Assembly (NCBI GenBank): GCA_035303085.1
Contig: DATGSA010000020.1
Coordinates: forward strand, 1 to 40,433
Direction: 5' to 3'
Length of the DNA: 40,433 bases
Origin: Flavobacteriaceae bacterium
Lineage (GTDB): Bacteria; Bacteroidota; Bacteroidia; Flavobacteriales; Flavobacteriaceae
This document shows, in pieces, positions 34,777-40,433 of the stretch; position 1 is the first letter of the stretch; each line of letters opens with the position of its first letter. Under the pieces are notes generated by a model. The model made no database searches and had not been told where the DNA came from. It saw nothing but the letters and a program-made list of their open reading frames with translations. The translations under genes and the position numbers were made by a program.

Positions 34777-35763
34777 TTATCTTCGTTCAGATAATCTCTT
34801 TCCCTTCCTCAATAAATACCATAATAGTGATAAGCCGGTAAAAAAGAAAATCAACAAAATAGGAATCCAAATAATTCGATTGGTAAACATTCCTTTTTCC
34901 GGAACTAAAGCTTCCTGGCTTTTTAAAACCACAGGATTTTCATAGCTGACTTGGTCTACTTCTAATTGTTGTAAATAATCTATTAATCTGGATTTCTCTT
35001 GAAGCAATTGCGGAAGGTCAGTAATGGTATAATCTTGGGTGTTCACATAAACTTGTCCGTTACCGGATTTTGAAGAAACGGAAGAGCCAAGTTTATTGAA
35101 AATTGAATCAATTCGACTAATACTGAATTTTGTTTCTTTAATCTGATTATTTAAGTTTTGAATATAAATCGCTTTGGTATCTTGAAAAGCCGGATGTTGA
35201 TTTAAAAAATCGATTGTACTTTTAATCGTGGTATCGTCGCCATATCTTGAGGTGTTCAAGGTTAGTTTATGAATTCTGTATTGATTGCGAAATAATTCGG
35301 AAGCCAATAATTTGTCCTTGGTTTCAGTTTCATTTAAAAGAATTTCATAATTTCGATTGTAATTGGGATTTTTGTAAAGAATTTCATTGAGGTTGATTAT
35401 CGGTTCAATTTCTAAACTTCTTAAATCAAACCTATCTTTATGAAAAAGATTATGTTCTTTTAAAAACAAGGTGTCTTTTTCCTGTATTTTCTTGGATAAT
35501 AAATCAACTGCATTATAAATATAATTAGCTCCACCGTAATTGATTTGAACCAAAAGCTCAGCTTTTTTTGGATAGCTTTTATCCTTCATTTGGAAATATC
35601 CGATGATTCCGCCAATGATGATTAACCCCAAAAGAACAAACCATGATTTTAAGAAAAACCTGAAAATCCTATAAAAGCGAATAAGAAAAAAGTGATATAA
35701 TTTTCGAAACACTCCTCCTAATTCACCGACAGAAACCTCATCAGTTGTGTTTTGTGTACCCAT
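34777..35763 (-). CDS. Polysaccharide co-polymerase (Wzz-like) topology protein without a kinase domain
   Basis: 328 aa. One TM helix near the N-terminus (WFVLLGLIIIGGIIGYF) and one at the C-terminus (IIWIPILLIFFFTGLSLLWYLL) flank a roughly 240-aa polar, coiled region. It is the first gene of the locus. Confidence 0.5.
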   Translation of the reverse strand: MGTQNTTDEVSVGELGGVFRKLYHFFLIRFYRIFRFFLKSWFVLLGLIIIGGIIGYFQMKDKSYPKKAELLVQINYGGANYIYNAVDLLSKKIQEKDTLFLKEHNLFHKDRFDLRSLEIEPIINLNEILYKNPNYNRNYEILLNETETKDKLLASELFRNQYRIHKLTLNTSRYGDDTTIKSTIDFLNQHPAFQDTKAIYIQNLNNQIKETKFSISRIDSIFNKLGSSVSSKSGNGQVYVNTQDYTITDLPQLLQEKSRLIDYLQQLEVDQVSYENPVVLKSQEALVPEKGMFTNRIIWIPILLIFFFTGLSLLWYLLRKGKRLSERR

Positions 35764-35817
35764 TAATTATGATTCTAAAGTATATAGTCCTATCCTTAAG
35801 TAGATGAAAATAAAACA

Positions 35818-35825
35818 CAAAAATA
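35818..35825 (-). promoter_or_regulatory. -7 box TATTTTTG upstream of the glycan operon
   Basis: Minus-strand TAnnTTTG match, 55 nt upstream of ATG 35763. Confidence 0.35.
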
Positions 35826-35910
35826 AGTTATTAGTTGATTAAACCAAGACGCCACCTCTAAAAAATCAAACTGTCGGTGAAATATTAATAATTCAGCCCA
35901 ACTTATAACC

Positions 35911-36699
35911 CTATGCGTCAGATGAATTAATTTCAGTTTTTTCAACAATAAAATGTGGATTATACAAATCTTCCTTATTATAACGCAAAGGCCTTTGATC
36001 TTCCATACTGATTATTTCAACGTTCAATCCTTTCAAAACAGCATGTGCTGCCGCGGTGTCCCATTCCATGCAGGGGCCAAACCTTGGATATAAATCAATT
36101 TTGTTTTCTGCTAATAACATAAATTTCAGTGAACTTCCAACAGCAATCGTCCTTGTTTCTTCTTCAAAAGATTCGATAAACTCTTTTGTTTTTTTGTTTA
36201 AATGCGATCGAGAAGTAGCGATCCTAATCGGTGCTGCAACTCGTTCAATTATTTCTAATCTCTGCGGGGACTGATTTTGTTTTTGTAAATAAGCTCCGAG
36301 GGGTACTCCGCCAAAATATAATTTCTCCAGCGCAGGTGCATAAACCACCCCTAATACAGGTTGATTTTGATGAATTAAAGCTATGTTTACCGTGAATTCA
36401 TCATTTTTCTTGATAAATTCTTTAGTGCCATCTATAGGATCAACAACCCAAAGCGTTTCCCAGTTTTTTCGTTCTTGATAGGGAATGGTTTTTCCTTCTT
36501 CCGAAAGAATAGGGAAATCGGTGTTTTTTAAATTTTCAAATATGACTTCGTGTGCTGCAAGATCTGCTCGTGTTACCGGTGTAGCATCTGATTTTGTTTC
36601 TATTTCAAAATTATTTGAATTATAAATCTCGAGGATTTTTTCTCCTGCTTCCAGTGCAGTTTCTTTTAATAAAAGAAGTAAAGAGGAATAGTTTTGCAT
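35911..36699 (-). CDS. cysQ: 3'(2'),5'-bisphosphate nucleotidase
   Basis: Inositol-monophosphatase fold motifs 'PILSEEG', 'WVVDPIDGTKEF' and 'WDTAAAHAV'. Confidence 0.85.
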   Translation of the reverse strand: MQNYSSLLLLLKETALEAGEKILEIYNSNNFEIETKSDATPVTRADLAAHEVIFENLKNTDFPILSEEGKTIPYQERKNWETLWVVDPIDGTKEFIKKNDEFTVNIALIHQNQPVLGVVYAPALEKLYFGGVPLGAYLQKQNQSPQRLEIIERVAAPIRIATSRSHLNKKTKEFIESFEEETRTIAVGSSLKFMLLAENKIDLYPRFGPCMEWDTAAAHAVLKGLNVEIISMEDQRPLRYNKEDLYNPHFIVEKTEINSSDA

Positions 36700-36703
36700 G
36701 AGT

Positions 36704-36898
36704 TTAAGTTGTGTTTTTTTGTTTCATTCCAAAATTTGATCTATACCACAGACGTTCGTGCAAATAATACAAAACAAATTTGACACCTAACTCAATAATT
36801 CCAATTTTCAGCTCCACAAGTGGATTTCCTAAAGTTATCCAGCCTAATATTACCGTTATTGCACTGCTGGAAACCCGCCAAGTTATTGCATTTGACAA
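36704..36898 (-). CDS. DUF2061-type membrane protein, surviving C-terminal repeat only (TTG start)
   Basis: 'AITWRVSSSAITVILGWITLGNPLVELKIGIIELGVKFVLYYLHERLW'. The stop is 4 nt before the cysQ start. It may be part of the pseudogene listed next. Confidence 0.5.
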   Translation of the reverse strand: MSNAITWRVSSSAITVILGWITLGNPLVELKIGIIELGVKFVLYYLHERLWYRSNFGMKQKNTT

Positions 36899-37231
36899 AT
36901 GTAATTTTTTTATTTCCTGCGCGTAATTTAGTCTCTTTCTCCAATTTCACTTTATCTCAAAGCTGGTCGTGAATGACAATAAACAATGTTTTAACAATTA
37001 TATCCGCTATGCCCATATTAAGGCCACTGGAAAAATCATCAGTTATAATTCATGAAAAAGAAGCTGTGGTAAGCGTTCCGGTGATTTGCCAAGTAATGGG
37101 AAAACTGCGTTTTTAGATTCCCTATGTGTCAAGTATTTGTTTTCCGAAACGTTTAAAATATTTCTAATTTGAATCTTTTTCGTAATAAAATAGTAAGATA
37201 ATAAATGTAAATACTCTATTTGTAAACTCAT
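36899..37231 (-). pseudogene. Decayed N-terminal repeat of the DUF2061 gene (two TGA nonsense codons plus two poly-A frameshifts)
   Basis: Minus-strand translation gives KRSFPITWQITGTLTTASFS*IITDDFSSGLNMGIADIIVKTLFIVIHDQL*. This aligns without gaps over 47 positions to the intact repeat. The upstream limit of the pseudogene is uncertain. Confidence 0.55.
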
Positions 37232-37242
37232 TTGCGAAAGCG

Positions 37243-37260
37243 TAAGTTTGTATAGCTTTG
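37243..37260 (+). promoter_or_regulatory. Two overlapping -7 boxes (TAAGTTTG, TAGCTTTG) upstream of the glycosyltransferase/hemW pair
   Basis: TAnnTTTG matches at 37243-37250 and 37253-37260, 42-52 nt upstream of ATG 37302. Confidence 0.35.
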
Positions 37261-37301
37261 TAGTTCTTATTAAAACGTAAGTTGTCAACTAATACTCATC
37301 G

Positions 37302-38546
37302 ATGAATTTCACCAAGTGTGTCTTAATTATCGGATTAAATTTTCCTGAACCAAACTCTTCCGCTGCAGGGAGTAGAATGATGCAACTCATCGAATTGTTT
37401 AAAAACAATAACTGGGAAATTCATTTTTCCACAGCGGCTCAAATGACTTCTCATGCCAATGATTTGGAAAAATTAGAAATTGAAATCAGTTCAATTTTTC
37501 CCAACGATCCTAAAACTGACGAAATTTTAAAAGCAATTAATCCTGACGTAGTTATTTTTGATCGGTTTATGATAGAAGAGCAATTCGGGTGGCGTGTGGC
37601 TGAGGTTTGTCCGCAAGCGCTTCGGATTTTAGATACAGAAGACCTGCATTTTTTGAGGTATGCTCGTCATCAAGCTGTCAAAGAAAATCGAGAAGTTCAA
37701 GTGCCGGATTTATTCAATACCATAGCAAAAAGAGAGATTGCCGCTATTTTACGATGTGATGTTAGTTTGATTATTTCGGAAGTAGAAAAAGAGTTTTTGA
37801 TTGGAAAATTCAAAATCGACAAACAGAAATTGTGGTATTTGCCTTTTCTTTTCAGCCCATTGGAAAGGAATAGTTTTGAGAAATTTCCGGATTTTGAAAC
37901 GCGCAAAAATATTATTTTTATCGGAAACTACTTGCATGCTCCGAACTACGATGCAGTTTTGTATTTAAAACAAAAGATTTGGCCGGTTCTCCAAAAGAAA
38001 TTGCCACAAGCTAATCTGTTGATTTATGGCGCCTATCCTCCGCAAAAACTAAAACAATTGGAAAACAAAGCACAGCGATTTATCATTAAAGGCAGAACTG
38101 AGGAATTGGATGTGGTTTTTCAAGATGCCAGATTATTGTTAGCGCCACTTAGATTTGGAGCCGGCTTAAAGGGAAAGATTTTTGATGGAATAAGAAATGG
38201 GACTCCGAGTATCACTACCCCGGTAGGAGCAGAAGGAATAGCAGGAAATCTTCCGTTTTGTGGAGAAATAACGGATACGCCTGAAGAAATCATCAATTCA
38301 ACTTTGAAATTATACACGGATTTATCAAAGTGGAAACAAGCACAAGAAAATGGTAGAGAAATTATCAATTCCAGGTTTGATATTCATAACTTTGCAGAAG
38401 AGTTTTTTGAGAAATTATCTCAACGGAAAAAGAATCAACAAGAGTGGAGATCGACTGATTTTTATCAACAACTATTGATGTACCACAGTTTGCAAAGCAC
38501 GAAATATATGTCTCGATGGATTGAGACAAAAAACAAATTAACCTAA
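37302..38546 (+). CDS. GT-B fold glycosyltransferase (family 1/4-like)
   Basis: C-terminal 'LLLAPLRFGAGLKGKIFDGIRNGTPSITTPVGAEGI'. I cannot place the N-terminal domain. Confidence 0.65.
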   Translation: MNFTKCVLIIGLNFPEPNSSAAGSRMMQLIELFKNNNWEIHFSTAAQMTSHANDLEKLEIEISSIFPNDPKTDEILKAINPDVVIFDRFMIEEQFGWRVAEVCPQALRILDTEDLHFLRYARHQAVKENREVQVPDLFNTIAKREIAAILRCDVSLIISEVEKEFLIGKFKIDKQKLWYLPFLFSPLERNSFEKFPDFETRKNIIFIGNYLHAPNYDAVLYLKQKIWPVLQKKLPQANLLIYGAYPPQKLKQLENKAQRFIIKGRTEELDVVFQDARLLLAPLRFGAGLKGKIFDGIRNGTPSITTPVGAEGIAGNLPFCGEITDTPEEIINSTLKLYTDLSKWKQAQENGREIINSRFDIHNFAEEFFEKLSQRKKNQQEWRSTDFYQQLLMYHSLQSTKYMSRWIETKNKLT

Positions 38547-38563
38547 AAAAGATAACCTGAAGG

Positions 38564-39697
38564 ATGGCAGGAATTTACATTCATATTCCTTTCTGTAAAC
38601 AAGCTTGTCACTATTGTGATTTTCATTTTTCAACAACTTTGAAACGAAAACCACAACTGGTGCAGTCCCTTTGTAAAGAGCTGCTATTGAGAAAAAATGA
38701 AACTTCGGAAACGATAGAAACTATTTATTTTGGTGGAGGAACGCCAAGCTTACTTACCGAAGAAGAATTGGAAGCAATTTTTGAAGTGATTTATGATAAT
38801 TATACGATTTCTCCTACGGCCGAAGTTACGCTCGAAGCCAATCCGGATGATTTGTCTGAAGAGAAAATAATTCAATTTGCAAATTCAAAAATCAATCGAT
38901 TAAGTATAGGAGTTCAATCTTTTTTCGATGAGGATTTGAAGTGGATGAATCGTTCTCACAATGCGGAGGAAGCGATAAATGCTGTTAATTTTGCACGGAA
39001 GTACTTCGACAATATCACCATAGATTTAATATACGGCGTTCCGGGATTGACCGATGAAAAATGGAAGGAAAATTTGAAAAATGCCTTGCAATTTGATATT
39101 CCGCATATCTCCAGTTATGCACTAACCGTCGAATCGGGAACAGCTTTGGAAAAGATGATTGAAATGGGTAAAAAAAAACCGGTTGACGATGCTGTATCCA
39201 AAAGACATTATGAAATTTTGGTGAAAACTATGACCGAAGCAGGATATATCAATTATGAGTTTTCTAATTTTGGATTAAAAGGCTATTTCTCCCAAAACAA
39301 CACCGCATATTGGATGGGAAAACCCTATTTAGGAATTGGGCCTTCAGCCCACGGTTTTGATGGTAAACACCGTTACTGGAATGTGAGACATAATATCCTT
39401 TATATCAAAGCTATTGAAGAAGGAAAAATCCCACAAACTACGGAAACTTTAAAAACGTCAGATCGATATAATGAATATATTATGACTCGCTTGCGGACGA
39501 TTTGGGGAATATCACTGCCGGAAATTGAAGAGAAATTCGGTGAAAAATATCTTGCTTATTTTCAGAAAGAAGCCGATAAATTGTTTGAAAATGGTTTTTT
39601 GATTCGGGAAAAAGACAAAGTCAGAATCAGTGAAAATGCAAAGTTTTTGGGAGATGGAATTTCTGCTGATTTGTTTTACGTAGAAGAATCTTTTTGA
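38564..39697 (+). CDS. hemW: Radical SAM heme chaperone HemW (HemN-like, oxygen-independent coproporphyrinogen oxidase family)
   Basis: 'IYIHIPFCKQACHYCDF' (CxxxCxxC), 'YFGGGTPS' and a C-terminal HemN_C-like region. TGA stop. Confidence 0.9.
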   Translation: MAGIYIHIPFCKQACHYCDFHFSTTLKRKPQLVQSLCKELLLRKNETSETIETIYFGGGTPSLLTEEELEAIFEVIYDNYTISPTAEVTLEANPDDLSEEKIIQFANSKINRLSIGVQSFFDEDLKWMNRSHNAEEAINAVNFARKYFDNITIDLIYGVPGLTDEKWKENLKNALQFDIPHISSYALTVESGTALEKMIEMGKKKPVDDAVSKRHYEILVKTMTEAGYINYEFSNFGLKGYFSQNNTAYWMGKPYLGIGPSAHGFDGKHRYWNVRHNILYIKAIEEGKIPQTTETLKTSDRYNEYIMTRLRTIWGISLPEIEEKFGEKYLAYFQKEADKLFENGFLIREKDKVRISENAKFLGDGISADLFYVEESF

Positions 39698-39706
39698 AAT
39701 AAAAAA

Positions 39707-39728
39707 GCACCAACGGTTGAGTTGATGC
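39707..39728. terminator. Shared hairpin between the convergent hemW and secreted-protein genes
   Basis: GCACCAAC-GGTTGA-GTTGATGC (7 of 8 bp paired), flanked by AAAAAA and TTT. Confidence 0.45.
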
Positions 39729-39751
39729 TTTAAAATTAATTTAAAATTCTT

Positions 39752-40111
39752 TTAATTGGAAGCCCTTTTCTCAAGCAATTCAGCTTTCTTATTTTTGTAT
39801 ACAGCATACTGACCGCCATCCAAAACTTCTTCAACTTCTTCATCCAAACGTTGGCTAACTTCTGCTTCGGATTGAAAGGGGAAATGCTCAATGTTTTGAT
39901 CCAAAGCCTTAACTCTTTCTTGATAGTTATACAAATGACGCTCGAGCATCGCTTTTTGATTGTCGGTTAATTCTGCTGTTTCCGCCAAGAATTCAGTTTG
40001 TGCTTTAGCGTTGTTCCAAGATATTTGTTGTTCGGCATTCTGCGCAGTTACCTGAGGAGTTGCCAACATAAAACCTGCAACTAAAAGACTTAATCCTATT
40101 AATTTTCTCAT
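39752..40111 (-). CDS. Secreted/periplasmic protein of unknown function
   Basis: Signal peptide MRKLIGLSLLVAGFMLATPQVTAQ, followed by a charged helical region. Confidence 0.6.
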   Translation of the reverse strand: MRKLIGLSLLVAGFMLATPQVTAQNAEQQISWNNAKAQTEFLAETAELTDNQKAMLERHLYNYQERVKALDQNIEHFPFQSEAEVSQRLDEEVEEVLDGGQYAVYKNKKAELLEKRASN

Positions 40112-40270
40112 GACTTTTTGTTTTATTTAAACTTGAGGCTAATATACGAATAGAATTCAGTTTTCATAAAAATATTGTAAATAATTTTTGAAATGTGTAG
40201 TAAGTATGTTTAATTACAAAAGACCAAAACAACTTCTAAACAAATATCTGTTTATCCAAATAAAAACAGA

Positions 40271-40302
40271 AACAAACCTCTCGACAAAGTTTGTTGTTTT
40301 TT
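40271..40302 (+). terminator. Hairpin plus T-run with no plus-strand ORF upstream
   Basis: AACAAAC-N11-GTTTGTT followed by GTTTTTT, with an A-rich run on the 5' side. Confidence 0.35.
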
Positions 40303-40433
40303 AATTTTCAAAAAATATAATCAAAACATTACGGAATGGTGTTTCTACATAAGATTCCGGCTCTTGGGGTAAATAAAATAACCGCATAAAGGTTAAAGGA
40401 TTATAAAATCAAAACGAACGAATGGTTTTCCGA

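Noticed and set aside
34643-34945. 100-aa plus-strand ORF starting just after a TATTTTTG box in the AsnB-like/PCP-like spacer.
   Set aside because: It has a TTG start and a low-complexity translation. Its 3' two-thirds is antisense to the C-terminal TM helix of the PCP-like gene. The promoter-like box alone is not enough to support it.
36957-37052. UGA read as Trp (genetic code 4-like recoding), because both in-frame TGAs align with Trp positions of the DUF2061 repeat.
   Set aside because: TGA is a genuine stop elsewhere in the window. It ends hemW at 39695-39697, the initiating sugar transferase at 23019-23021 and wzx at 26901-26903, all at family-typical C-termini. All Trp residues in confident genes are TGG. 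Two frameshifts are also needed to restore the gene, so decay (TGG to TGA) is the simpler explanation.
37043-37288. 81-aa minus-strand ORF from the track as an independent gene.
   Set aside because: Its 3' portion (…THRESKNAVF…) is the out-of-frame continuation of the decayed DUF2061 N-terminus. The rest overlaps the plus-strand promoter boxes of the glycosyltransferase gene, and it has no recognisable motifs.
32871-39697. Shared 'MAGIY' N-terminus of the AsnB-like protein (34598) and HemW (38564) as a sign of relatedness or duplication.
   Set aside because: The similarity stops after five residues, and the two proteins belong to unrelated folds (Ntn/PP-loop versus radical SAM). It is a coincidence.
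1-40433. CRISPR arrays, IS elements or other mobile elements, and rRNA genes.
   Set aside because: Reading the intergenic regions showed no spaced direct-repeat arrays and no terminal inverted repeats flanking ORFs. No ORF has transposase, integrase, recombinase or reverse-transcriptase motifs. This check was visual, not computational.

Overview
Low-GC chromosomal segment, most likely from a Flavobacteriia (Bacteroidota) genome. The taxon call rests on a 288-aa primary sigma factor, repeated TAnnTTTG (-7) promoter boxes upstream of genes, an OlsF-type fused acyltransferase, and DUF4834/DUF360/DUF58-type genes. TAA, TAG and TGA are all used as genuine stops, so the code is standard (table 11). 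About 40 protein genes and one tRNA-Asp(GTC) are supported. I saw no rRNA, CRISPR array, transposase or integrase.

Left half (1-18.6 kb) is housekeeping:
- FKBP-type isomerase, rpoD, and a tig-clpP-clpX operon.
- A membrane-anchored GltB-like FMN protein, trxA, a metallophosphoesterase and aspartate kinase.
- An OlsF-like aminolipid synthase and a SulP transporter.

Three regions look accessory or unusual:
1. 18.67-20.36 kb, at the window centre. A two-gene cassette sits between core genes: an alpha-class N6-adenine DNA methyltransferase plus an unplaceable 213-222 aa protein with a PD-(D/E)xK-like motif. I read it as a candidate restriction-modification or defence module with an unrecognised nuclease. 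This is my best candidate for the novel system.
2. 23.0-35.8 kb. A Wzx/Wzy-type glycan locus containing three Wzy/O-antigen-ligase-like membrane proteins (one on the opposite strand), a split Alg14/Alg13-like transferase pair, and an asparagine-synthase-like enzyme with Ala in place of the catalytic Cys. It has no sugar-nucleotide synthesis genes and no Wza/Wzc export genes.
3. 36.7-37.3 kb. A decayed internally duplicated DUF2061 gene upstream of cysQ. Both in-frame TGA stops fall exactly where the intact repeat has Trp, and two poly-A frameshifts are also present.

All family assignments come from motif reading and memory of the families. No database search was run.
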